In this document: positions 33,501 through 45,250 of the stretch, piece by piece
Position numbering within the stretch: the stretch's first letter is position 1
Layout: each line of letters opens with the position of its first letter
Origin: Macrostomum lignano
Lineage: Eukaryota
Assembly: GCA_002269645.1 (NCBI GenBank)
Contig: NIVC01000010.1
Coordinates: 1,798,001 to 1,862,000, forward strand
Direction: 5' to 3'
Length of the DNA stretch: 64,000 bases
The notes under the pieces: generated by a model
Told to the model about the DNA's origin: nothing
Databases searched by the model: none
Seen by the model: the letters and a program-made list of their open reading frames with translations, nothing else
Translations under genes and position numbers: made by a program

Positions 33501-36500
33501 CATCATCAGCATTATCGCGACAGAGATCGCGTGGACAGAGACAGAGAGAGGGATAAAACTAGAGACAGAGATCGTGACAGACAAAGCGGCAGGCGTCGCG
33601 AAGATCGTCGCGAAGATCGAAAGCATCACCGCCATGCCGATGAGGTAGAGAAGCACAGAAAATCGAGACACAGACGGAAGTCCTCCAGCAGCAGCAGCAG
33701 TTCGTCCTCGTCAGATGATTCTCCAGCCAGACAAAAATCTGAAAAACAGTCCAGCGGCGCCTCTATTGAAGAGCGTCGTCGGGTGAAAGCGCTGCTCAAA
33801 GCTGCCGAGACTCCCGAGCAGAAGCGGGCCCGTCGGTTGGCTAAGAAGGCGGCTAAGTCGGAACGACGGCGTCGGGAACTGGGCTGGGAGGGCGACTACA
33901 CGGATAGAGATAATCCGTTTGGCGACGAGAAGCTAACGCAGACTTTCGTTTGGCATAAGAAACTGCAACGCGAGGGCGGCACTATGGCCGACGTGGAGAG
34001 AAAAGCGGCTGAGAATCGGGCTGAGCTCGAAAAGGTTTTGTTTTGGGTTCATTGTTTAAGTCATTGTTTGGTTATAAGTCATAATTCTAATTCAAAATTT
34101 TAGTCATTGACGTCATAGATCAGTCATTGAAGTCATAGATCAGTCATAGATCAGTCATAGATCAGTCATTGAAGTCATTGATCAGTCATTGAAGTCATAG
34201 ATCAGTCATTGAAGTCATAGATCAGTCATTGAAGTCATAGATCAGTCATTGAAGTCATTGATCAGTCATTGAAGTCATTGATCAGTCATTGAAGTCATAG
34301 ATCAGTCATTGAAGTCATTGATCAGTCATTGAAGTCATTGATCAGTCATTGAAGTCATAGATCAGTCATTGAAGTCATTGATCGGTCATTGATCAGTCAT
34401 TGAAATCATAGATCAGTCATAGATCAGTCATTGATGTCATAGATCAGTCATTGAAGTCATTGATCGGTCATTGATCAGTCATTGAAATCATAGATCGGTC
34501 ACTGATGTGTCATCACATGCTCATTAGGATCATTGCTATAGCCTTATCCTATTCCCCAAACAAACCGCAGGTCCGCGAGCGTTGCCGTCAGAACGAGCTG
34601 GAACGCGAGGCCCGGCTGAAGGAGCAGGAGCAGGAGCAGCGCGATCGCGAGTCTGAGAACTTTCGCCAGTGGTGGCAGCAGGAGGACGCGTTCCACTTGA
34701 AGCAGGCGCGGGCCAGATCGGCCATCCGCATAGCCGAAGGTCGCGCCAAGCCTATCGACCTGCTGGGCAGGTATGCCGAAGCTTTGCAAAGAATCTCTGG
34801 TATTAAAATTAAACGCGATGACGGGGCGGACGACAATGATGACGAATTTGATGAAGACGAGAGTCTGGCTTTCTTAGACGCCCATTCGCCGGACGCCCTG
34901 CTCACCGGCTTGAGCGTTGACGATCTCGAGGATTTAAAAGTCGATATCGGCGTCTATCAGAAATTGGAACGGCAGAGCGGCTTAACCGAAGGCGCCTGTC
35001 GGGACAGCGAGACTTTCTGGAGCTGCGTAGCTCTGCTAGTTCAGCACGCTCTGGATAGCAAGACTGCACCGGCTGCCAGCTCCGCCACGGCTGCCGTTGC
35101 TGACAGAATCGACGCCGTCATCAGGGGCAAGTCGGCCAGCCAGTTGGCCGCTCTGGAAGACTCCGTGTCCGCCAGAATCTGCGCGGCCGGACCGGGCACC
35201 GATCTGGCCTACTGGGAGGAGATGCTGGACAAAGTTAAAGTGGCCAAGGGGAAGGCTACGCTGCAGGAGTTGCATAAAGTGCTGCTGCGTAGGCGAATGC
35301 AGAGACTGCAGGTTAGTAGGTTTGATAGAATCTTCATCTTCATTTAATACCTTAACTAGCGCTAATCCCCAATCGGAAGTATCCCGCTAATCCATACCCG
35401 GAAACCCGATGAAAACTCTAGCGCTCTGGCGATTCTAGCGCTTATTTTTATGGTAGATCGTTTTCAACTGGAAATACCCCGCTGATCCTCATCAGGAAAT
35501 ACCCGGCTGATCCTCATCAGGAAATACCCGGCTGATCCTCATCAGGAAATACCCCACTGATCCTCATCAGGAAATACCCCACTGATCCTCATCAGGAAAT
35601 ACCCCACTGATCCTCATCAGGAAATACCCGGCTGATCCTCATCAGGAAATACCCCACTGATCCTCATCAGGAAATACCCCACTGATCCTCATCAGGAAAT
35701 ACCCCACTGATCCTCATCAGGAAATACCCCCATTGATCCTCATCAGAAAATACCCAGATAATCCCATCCGAAAATTCCCCCCTAATGTCCAACCGAAAAT
35801 GCCCCGCTAATCCCTATCTAAAATACCCCTCACTTTGATTATAAAATCTAAAAAATACCCCTAATCCCAGTCCAGGAGCACCCATCTATACCATTCCCGC
35901 CGTCAAAACACTCTAGGAGCGTCAGTCGGCCGACCAGGGAGCGGAAGTCGACGACCCGGAAGTGGCAGCGGCGTCGGCCACGGCAGCGACGGCAACCAGC
36001 AGCGCCGCCTCCGAGGAAGGCGGCGGCGACACCGCCGAGTCAGCCGATGACGACGAGGCCGAGCAGCAGAGGCAGCAACAGCAAAAGCAACAGCAGCAGC
36101 AGCAGCAGGCTCTTGATGCGTACGATTCTGGTCGATATTCGCCGGCAAAACTCGACCCGGACACGGTCGCCGGTCAGATAGTGATCAACTGGAGCGAAGA
36201 GTCGGTCAGGCTGGAGCATCTCCGACGTCAGGCTGGCGACGCGGCAGCGCCCGAGCCGGAAGAGAAAACCGAAGAGATTGCGGTGAAAACTCCCGGCCTG
36301 GCGGCCTGGTCAGACCGGCTGAAGCCAAAGAAGCCGCGGTATTTTAATCGGGTTAATACCGGCTACAATTGGGGCGCTTATAATCGGACGCATTTCGATT
36401 CGGACAATCCGCCGCCGAAGATTGTGCAGGTGAGAGCGGAAACTAATTTAAATTTGTGTTTATTTTCGTTTTGATTAAAATCCTACTGGTTGGCAAACTT

Positions 36501-38191
36501 TTTACCTCAAGGAGAATCCAGCTCAGAATGCAGAATCCAGCTCAAAATGCAGAATCTAGCTCAGAATGCAGAATCCAGCTCAAAATGCAGAATCTAGCTC
36601 AGAATGCAGCGAAGAATCCAGCTCAGAATGTGGAATTCAGCTCAGAATGTGGAATCCAGCTCAGAATGTGGAATCCAGCTCAGAATGTGGAATCCAGCTC
36701 AGAATGTGGAATCCAGCTCAGAATGTGGAATCCAGCTCAGAATGTGGAATCCAGCTCAGAATGTGGAATCCAGCTCAGAATGTGGAATCCAGCTCATAAT
36801 GAGGAACCCAGCTCAGAATGTGGAATCCAGCTCATAATGTGGAACCCAGCTCAGAATGTGGAACCCAGCTCAGAATGTGGAATCCAGCTCAGAATGTGGA
36901 ATCCAGCTCAGAATGTGGAATCCAGCTCAGAATGTGGAATCCAGCTCAGAATGTGGAATCCAGCTCAGAATGTGGAATCCAGCTCATAATGAGGAACCCA
37001 GCTCAGAATGTGGAATCCAGCTCATAATGTGGAACCCAGCTCAGAATGTGGAACCCAGCTCAGAATGTGGAACCCAGCTCAGAATGTGGAATCCAGCTCA
37101 GAATGTGGAATCCAGCTCAGAATGCAGAATCCAGCTCAGAATGCAGAACCCAACTCAGAATGCAGAATCCAGCTCAGAATGCAGAATCCAGCTCAGAATG
37201 CAGAATCCAGCTCAGAATGCAGAATCCAGCTCAGAATGCAGAATCCAGCTCAGAATGCAGAATCCAGCTCAGAATGCAGAATCCAGCTCAGAATGCAGAA
37301 TCCAGCTCAGAATGCAGAATCCAGCTCAGAATGCAGAATCCAGCTCAGAATGCAGAATCCAGCTCAGAATGCAGAATCCAGCTCATGGCTACGGGCCAGA
37401 TGAGAGAGGAAAGGAAAGGGAATAGAAGGGATAAGAAACAATACAGGGTGAAAAAAGGGGGGAGACGATCTCAGAGAGAGGGGAGTGGGGATAGGAGAGA
37501 GAGAAGAGACCAAAGCCTTGAGCGGGCCAGATTACTGTTGTAAAGTTTCAATGGACCCGAAGGCCGGATAGAGAGGCCTCTGAATTGCTTCGGTTCACCC
37601 AGCTGTAAAATGGGTGCCAGCATTAGCTGGGGTAATTGAGGCTGTGTGTGGCGACCCCCCAGTCCTTGGACTGAACAGCCGTACGCAGCCTTCAGATGCG
37701 CCGCGCAAATAGCTGCGGCTGAACTGTCGGTTGCAAATCTGGCCCAATTGGGGCAGGTGTAATCAATTGTTAATATTTTTTTTAGTTATACATGGTAGAT
37801 AGTTATATTAAGCACAGGGTAGACAGACTGCTGGTGGACAGGTTAGTGAGATATTTTAGGACAGGTAGAGGGGCTGATAATGGACAGGTACCTAGACTCG
37901 AGTTCATAAGCCAAACCTCGCCTGTTAATCGCTCAGGGCTACAAGTTCAACATATTCTACCCGGATCTGCTGGACAAGTCCAAGGCGCCCAGCTACAGCA
38001 CCGAGCCGTGCAAAGACGATCCGCAATTTGCCATCCTGCGCTTCACTGCTGGGCCGCCTTATGAAGACGTTGCTTTCAAAATTGTCCGCAACGAATGGGA
38101 CACATCATTTAGGCACGGGTTCCGCTGCCAGTTTGTTAATAATACGTTCCAGTTGCACTTTCATTTTCGTAGGAATCGCTACAGAAAGTAG
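33501..38191 (+). CDS. CACTIN: Cactin (spliceosome C-complex factor); 5' end unresolved
   Basis: Exons ~33501/33510-34034, 34571-35311, 35917-36429, 37937-38191, all joined in phase 0. Motifs ETPEQKRARRLAKK, NPFGD..FVW.KK, QEDAFHLKQARARSAIRIAEGRAKPIDLL, KKPRYFNRVNTGYNWGAYNRTHFDSDNPPPKIVQ|GYKFNIFYPDLLDK..GPPYEDVAFKIV..W..FRCQF..FQLHFHF..RYRK*. No in-frame ATG between TAA 33474 and the conserved region. Confidence 0.95.
34103..34503 (+). repeat. 20 bp (2 x 10 bp) minisatellite in the first modelled cactin intron
   Basis: Unit GATCAGTCATTGAAGTCAT(A/T). Confidence 0.9.
35470..35755 (+). repeat. 25 bp minisatellite in a cactin intron, with a decaying 3' edge to ~35880
   Basis: Unit GGAAATACCCCACTGATCCTCATCA. 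Confidence 0.9.
36512..37386 (+). repeat. 19 bp minisatellite in the last cactin intron
   Basis: Unit GAATCCAGCTCAGAATG(TG/CA). Confidence 0.95.
37555..37720 (+). mobile_element. Possible SINE fragment in the cactin intron
   Basis: CACCCAGCTGTAAAATGGGT at 37596-37615 resembles the conserved central-domain motif of invertebrate tRNA-derived SINEs; no A/B boxes recognised. Confidence 0.35.
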
Positions 38192-38359
38192 AATTGTTGC
38201 TTATCTCCGTGCTATTTGCATTGACGTTTGCGTTTATTATCTGATTCTACTACTGTTGTATCCGCGAGTTTTAGTAGCAGGTAGCGGGTGTAAATGTAAT
38301 AATTTGCTGGGACATTTTTTTGCGATTGAGGACATTCTAGGGTTATAGATGATGTAAGC

Positions 38360-38940
38360 TTGATCTTACATCTCCGCTCACTCAGAATCCTTGATCCTGC
38401 ATCTCCGCTCACTCAGAATCCTTGATCCTGCATCTCCGCTCCCTCAGAATCCTTAATCCTGCATCTCCACTCCCTCAGAATCCTTGATCCTGCATCTCCG
38501 CTCCCTCAGCTTCCTTAATCCTGCATCTCCACTCCCTCAGAATCCTTGATTCTGCATCTCCGCTCCCTCAGCTTCCTTGATCCTGCATCTCCGCTCCCTC
38601 AGAATCATTGATCCTGCATCTCCACTTCCTCAGTATCCTTGATCCTGCATCTCCGCTCCCTCAGCTTCCTTGATCCTGCATCTCCGCTCCCTCAGAATCC
38701 TTAATCCTGCATCGCCGCTCCCTCAGAATCCTTGATCCTGCATCTCCGCTCCCTCAGAATCCTTAATCCTGCATCTCCGCTCCCTCAGAATCCTTAATCC
38801 TGCATCTCCGCTCCCTCAGAATCCTTAATCCTGCATCGCCGCTCCCTCAGAATCCTTAATCCTGCATCTCCGCTCCCTCAGAATCCTTAATCCTGCATCG
38901 CCGCTCCCTCAGAATCCTTAATCCTGCATCTCCGCTCCCT
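38360..38940 (+). repeat. 31 bp minisatellite 3' of cactin
   Basis: Unit CAGAATCCTT(A/G)ATCCTGCATCTCCGCTCCCT. Confidence 0.95.
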
Positions 38941-38984
38941 TTGAATAAAAGATAAAAATTTTCGTGCCCTTTGCCTATATCGAA

Positions 38985-39907
38985 ATGAAAGAGTGAGTAT
39001 GGAACAGGCTTTGATTTTTTTGTCAGTGCAGGCGCTTGAAAAACTGGTTGGGTTGATTTTAAGCGCACGATAACCTTGACTACTTTGTACTTTAGCTGTC
39101 ATTTTTCTATTGTATGCACTTTTAAATGTGTCAGCTCAAAACCCTGCCCATAATTCTTCTTTATCTGTTATTTTAATTACTGAGTATATGCCGCTTGTAT
39201 GATTATAATTTGTGCGTTTTATATATATATACATATGTGCTACCGTTTCTACGTGTTAGGCGTGTATATCTATTCCGCTGGGAGTACTGCAACACACGGT
39301 AAACTGTGAAATGTATATTGATATTGGGTTTATTGATTTGATCGATTTAAATCTGATATAAATATTATACGAGTATTCGTATATTACAATTTGCATATTA
39401 ATCTGGATTGCAGTCCAAAAACTCTGCTTTGTGGGCTTAGCCTCAGTACCCCTTCTGAAAATCGCCCTCTGATCTCCATTGAGAATCGCCCTCTGATCTC
39501 CATTGAGAATCGCCCTCTGATCCCCATTGAGAATCGCCCTCTGATCTCCATTGAGAATCGCCCTCTGATCTCCATTGAGAATCGCCCTCTGATCCCCATT
39601 GAGAATCGCCCTCTGATCCCCATTGAGAATCGCCCTATATTCCAGATTTCAATCATCTGCGCTTTGACAAGCGGCATTGCACGGTAGATTAGTATCATGG
39701 ATGCGGCAGTCGGTTCCCATATGAAAGGCAAAAAATAGATAAAATATCTAAATCATAGCATTCCATTCCTTTTTTAGGCTGAGCATACTGGTGTCATCTG
39801 AGACTCCAATTGAGCAGGAAGATGACAATGTAACTATATACGGATTTGCTATTGCTTATGCAATTGCTGCCGTTAAAGAATCTGTCTATGTCGTTATTGT
39901 ATTATAA
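38985..39907 (+). CDS. Candidate small hydrophobic protein (orphan, speculative)
   Basis: Phase-compatible putative exons [38985-38992, 39032-39051], 39414-39445, 39646-39683, 39778-39907 give ..QKLCFVGLASISIICALTSGIARLSILVSSETPIEQEDDNVTIYGFAIAYAIAAVKESVYVVIVL*; the first intron is only 39 nt and the donors are weak; no family recognised. Confidence 0.25.
39455..39637 (+). repeat. 24 bp minisatellite
   Basis: Unit GAGAATCGCCCTCTGATC(T/C)CCATT. Confidence 0.9.
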
Positions 39908-40089
39908 TCGACCTAGCGCTCTGTCGAACACTGTCAGCTAACCGAATCTGAGTTAAAATATTTCTATATGAAAAAATCAATTCGGAACCGTGCATCGATA
40001 TCTTATGTCATTACAGTCCGTCAGTCAGCAGATAGGTAGATGGGTATGTCGAGCTTGTAAGTACAATGTGACACTCTTATTAGATCTAA

Positions 40090-40460
40090 TGAGGCACTTT
40101 TATCAAAGTAAAACTGGCACTTTATCAAAGTAAAAGTGGCACTTTGTCAAAGTAAAAGTGGCATTCTGTCAGATCAAAAGTGGCATTCTGTCAGATCAAA
40201 AGTGGCTCCTTATCTAAGTGAAAGTGGCTCTTTATCAATGTGAAAGTGGCACTTTATCAAAGTGAAAGTGGCACTTTATCAAAGTAAAAGTGGCACTTTG
40301 TCAAAGTAAAAGTGGCACTTTTATCAAAGTAAAAGTGGCACTTTATTAAAGTTAAAATGGCACTTCATCTAAGTAAAAGTGGCACTTTATCTAAGTGAAA
40401 GTGGCACTTTATCTAAGTGAAAGTGGCACTTTATCAAAGTAAAACTGGCACTTTGTCAGA
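40090..40460 (+). repeat. 21 bp minisatellite
   Basis: Unit AAAGTGGCACTTTATCAAAGT. Confidence 0.9.
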
Positions 40461-40929
40461 TAAAAAATGAGACTTACGAGCGTAATAAAAGTAAAGTTTT
40501 GTTGGTACAACCCAAAGTGTCAAGTTTTTTAATCTTAAAGCGAGTCTCATGTGGCCCTTGCCAACCTATACATGCATTCACAACATTTTATATCTTATAG
40601 TTTCGTTTCATAGTTGACAGTGTTGGCGCATTTCTACGACCAAGTAATAGTAAAAATGATTGCAAAATCGAATCAAAGGACATTCGGTGGTAAATTATTT
40701 AACGATTCGACTGTCCCTGGTAACGGCGGAGGCTGTAGCTTCATCTCAGTCGTCGCTAATGCGTTCCGCCTTTAGCTCTGATAGGATGCATGAGAGCATG
40801 CTAAATCACATTTCTGTGCCGGGCAACAGACTGAAAATACTCCTACCTAGAATTAGTACAGCTAATGCGATTGGGTTCGGGCTTGTACTTTTCCACTTTT
40901 AACACTAGAGTATCTGCTAGACTGACGGT

Positions 40930-42972
40930 GTATCACATGTAGGATTGAGTAGGGCACCTGTTAGAGTCACCTGTAGGATTGAGTAGGGCACCTGTTAGTG
41001 TCACCTGTAGGATTGAGTAGGGCAACTGTTAGTGTCACCTGTAGGATTGAGTAGGGCACCTGTTAGTATCACCTGTAGGATTGAGTAGGGCACCACCTGT
41101 TAGTGTCACCTGTAGGATTGAGTAGGGCCCTGTTAGTGTCACCTGTAGGATTGAGTAGGGCACCTGTTAGTGTCACCTGTAGGATTGAGTAGGGTACCTG
41201 TTAGTGTCACCTGTAGGATTGAGTAGGGCACCTGTTAGTGTCACCTGTAGGATTGAGTAGGGCACCATCTGTTAGTGTCACCTGTAGGATTGAGTAGGGT
41301 ACCTGATAGTGTCACCTATATGATTGAGTAGGGCACCACCAATAGGATTGAGTAGGGTACCTGTTAGTGTCACCTGTAGGATTGAGTAGGGCACCACCTG
41401 TAGGATTGAGTAGGGCACCTGTTAGTGTCACCTGTATGATTGAGTAGGGCACCTGTTAGTGTCACCTGTAGGATTGAGTAGGGCACCATTTGTTAGTGTC
41501 ACCTGTAGGATTGAGTAGGGCACCTGTTAGTGTCACCTGTAGGATTGAGTAGGGCACCTGTTAGTGTCACCTGTAGGATTGAGTAGGGTACCTGTTAGTG
41601 TCACCTATAGGATTGAGTAGGGCACCTCTTAGTGTCACCTGTAGGATTGAGTAGGGCACCTGTTAGTGTCACCTGTAGGATTGAGTAGGGTACCTGTTAG
41701 TGTCACCTGTAGGACTGAGTAGGGTACCTATTAGTGTCACCTGTAGGATTGAGTAGGGCACCACCTGTAGGATTGAGTAGGGCACCTGTTAGTGTCACCT
41801 GTAGAATTGAGTAGGGCACCTGTTAGTGTCACCTGTAGGATTGAGTAGGGTACCTGTTAGTGTCACCTATAGGATTGAGTAGGGCACCTCTTAGTGTCAC
41901 CTGTAGGATTGAGTAGGGCACCTGTTAGTGTCACCTGTAGGATTGAGTAGGGCACCACCTGTAGGATTGAGTAGGGCACCTGTTAGTGTCACCTGTAGGA
42001 TTGAATAGGGCACCACCTGTAGGATTGAGTAGGGCACCACCTGTTAGTGTCACCTGTAGGATAGAGTAGGGCACCATCTGTTAGTGTCACCTGTAGGATT
42101 GCGTAGGGTACCTGTTAGTGTCACCTATAGGACTGAGTCGGGCACCACCTATAGGATTGAGTAGGGTACCTGTTAGTATCACCTGTAGGATTGAGTAGGG
42201 CACCTGTTAGTGTCACCTGTAGGATTGAGTAGGGCACCTGTTAGTGTCACCTGTAGGATTGAGTAGGGTACCTGTTAGTGTCACCTATAGGATTGAGTAG
42301 GGCACCTCTTAGTGTCACCTGTAGGATTGAGTAGGGCACCTGTTAGTGTCACCTGTAGGATTGAGTAGGGTACCTGTTAGTGTCACCTGTAGGACTGAGT
42401 AGGATACCTATTAGTGTCACCTGTAGGATTGAGTAGGGCACCACCTGTAGGATTGAGTAGGGCACCTGTTAGTGTCACCTGTAGAATTGAGTAGGGCACC
42501 TGTTAGTGTCACCTGTAGGATTGAGTAGGGTACCTGTTAGTGTCACCTATAGGATTGAGTAGGGCACCTCTTAGTGTCACCTGTAGGATTGAGTAGGGCA
42601 CCTGTTAGTGTCACCTGTAGGATTGAGTAGGGCACCACCTGTAGGATTGAGTAGGGCACCTGTTAGTGTCACCTGTAGGATTGAATAGGGCACCACCTGT
42701 AGGATTGAGTAGGGCACCACCTGTTAGTGTCACCTGTAGGATAGAGTAGGGCACCATCTGTTAGTGTCACCTGTAGGATTGCGTAGGGTACCTGTTAGTG
42801 TCACCTATAGGACTGAGTAGGGCACCACCTATAGGATTGAGTAGGGTACCTGTTAGTATCACCTGTAGGATTGAGTAGGGCACCTGTTAGTGTCACCTGT
42901 AGGATTGAGTAGGGCACCTGTTAGTGTCACCTGTAGGATTGAGTAGGGTACTAGCTGTTAGTGTCACCTGTA
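40930..42972 (+). repeat. 34 bp minisatellite with a 680 bp internal duplication
   Basis: Unit GTAGGATTGAGTAGGGCACCTGTTAGTGTCACCT. Confidence 0.95.
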
Positions 42973-43277
42973 TGAAATGATATTTTAGGTCAGTGCCTCT
43001 TTGATAGTTGAGAATCAATGCAACTACGAGCGTATAAGTGAGACCTTTGGTTTAATAGATTTTGTAAATTCTTTTTCGCTGTCTTTTTGGCTTGCTAAGA
43101 TATTCTCTTTTGACCGGGAAATACAAGTGGGCTCTGTCTAATAAGATGGCGGTCAACTCAAAAGATGCAAATGGAATTGATTTATGAATAATCAGTGTTA
43201 GTATCACTGTTAATGCATGATGGTTAATGGCTCGCGACAGTTCCAAAATCGTTTCCTTTAGATTTCTCAATGGTTCT

Positions 43278-43757
43278 TTTAAGATTCCCGATGATGCCTT
43301 TTAAGATTCCCGATGATGCCTTTTAAGATTCCCGATGATTCCTGTTAAGATTCCCGATGATGCCTTTTAAGATTCCCGATGATTCCTGTTAAGATTCCCG
43401 ATGATTCCTGTTAAGATTCCCGATGATTCCTGTTAAGATTCCCGATGATTCCTGTTAAGATTCCCGATGATTCCTTTTAAGATTCCCGATGATTCCTTTT
43501 AAGATTCCCGATGATTCCTGTTAAGATTCCCGATGATTCCTTTTAAGATTCCCGATGATTCCTGTTAAGATTCCCGATGATTCCTTTTAAGATTCCCGAT
43601 GATTTCTTTTAAGATTCCCGATGATTCCTTTTAAGATTCCCGATGATTCCTTTTAAGATTCCCGATGATTCCTGTTAAGATTCCCGATGATTCCTGTTAA
43701 GATTCCCGATGGTTCCTTTTAAGATTCCCGATGATTCCTGTTAAGATTCCCGATGAT
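43278..43757 (+). repeat. 22 bp minisatellite
   Basis: Unit AAGATTCCCGATGATTCCT(G/T)TT. Confidence 0.95.
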
Positions 43758-44299
43758 GAAAAATAAGTTTACTACATAATTGACATTCACTGCACTGCGC
43801 TTGAAATGGGTAAACATTGCATTTATTACTGTACGAGTTGCAACGAACAATTCACCGTCAAAATTTCGCTCATGTGTAAGAAAAAATATAGTTAAACGGA
43901 TATGACATGCTTCATCGGACAGAAAAGGGAGCTGGAAAAAACTAATGCAGAAATACAGCAAAGATAAAACAATAAGCTTCTATAGAGCAACTCTGAAAAA
44001 AATATATCTATTTTTCTAGAGAAACGGGCGGAGAAACAATCTACTTTGTCGTAATCGTATGCTTGATTGGCTCGCGATATTTGTTTAAATCAGTTGTTGA
44101 AATTTCGTTTTTTTTAGATTTTTCCTAGTACAATACTCAAAATTAGTCACTGCAGCTCGACGTTCGAACGGTTCCTTTGGAGCCGGCTTTTGCTTGTTAG
44201 AGTACGCGCGTTGAGGATATAAACAGACAGTAGATTTGATATAATCACAGCTAAATGTGCTTTCAAATTGTGAGATGACTTGGCTCAAGAGAGAAAGCA

Positions 44300-45250
44300 A
44301 TTTCTGAGATGTCCAGGCTCATGGGAAATTGCTGGGATGTCAAGGCTCATGGGGAATTGCTGGGATGTCAAGGCTCATGGGGAATTGCTGGGATGTCAAG
44401 GCTCATGGGGAATTGCTGGGATGTCAAGACTCATTGGGGAATTGCTGAGGTGCCGAGGCTCATGGGGAATTGCTGAGGTGCCGAGGCTCATGGGGGAATT
44501 GCTGAGGTGCCGAGGCTCATGGGGGAATTGCTGAGGTGCCGAGGCTCATGGGGGAATTGCTGAGGTGCCGAGGCTCATGGGGGAATTGCTGAGGTACCGA
44601 GGCTCATGGGGGAATTGCTGAGGTGCCGAGGCTCATGGGGGAATTGCTGGGATGTCAAGGCTCAGGGGGGAATTGCTGGGATGTCAAGGCTCAGGGGGGG
44701 GGATTGCTGAGGTGCCAAGGCTCATGGGGGAATTGCTGGGATGTCGAGGCTCATGGGGGAATTGCTGAGGTGCCGAGGCTTATGGGGGAATTGCTGAGGT
44801 GCCGAGGCTCATGGGGGAATTGCTGAGGTGCCAAGGCTCATGGGGGAATTGCTGAGGTGCCAAGGCTCATGGGGGAATTGCTGGGATGTCGAGGCTCATG
44901 GGGGAATTGCTGAGGTGCCGAGGCTCATGTGGGAATTGCTGGGATGTCAAGGCTCATGGGGGAATTGCTGAGGTGCCGAGGCTCATGGGGGAATTGCTGA
45001 GGTGCCAAGGCTCATGGGGGAATTGCTGGGATGTCGAGGCTCATGGGGGAATTGCTGAGGTGCCGAGGCTCATGGGGGAATTGCTGAGGTGCCGAGGCTC
45101 ATGGGGGAATTGCTGGGATGTCAAGGCTCAGGGGGGAATTGCTGGGATGTCGAGGCTCATGGGGGAATTGCTGAGGTGCCGAGGCTCATGGGGGAATTGC
45201 TGAGGTGCCGAGGCTCATGGGGGAATTGCTAAGGTGCCGAGGCTCATGGG
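44300..45250 (+). repeat. 28-29 bp G-rich minisatellite
   Basis: Unit GGGGGAATTGCTGAGGTGCCGAGGCTCAT with variant ..GCTGGGATGTCAAGGCTCAT. Confidence 0.95.

Noticed and set aside
34544-36164. Minus-strand ORFs overlapping cactin
   Set aside because: Antisense shadows of GC-rich coding exons.
22153-37543. Repetitive ORFs in the 22.2, 25-27, 28.5-29.6, 31.5 and 36.5-37.5 kb arrays
   Set aside because: They lie within introns or gaps defined by conserved NTPDase and cactin exons; the peptides only mirror the repeat period.
43806-43875. MGKHCIYYCTSCNEQFTVKISLM followed by a strong donor, resembling half a C2H2 zinc finger
   Set aside because: No downstream in-phase exon supplying the two histidines was found; could be chance.
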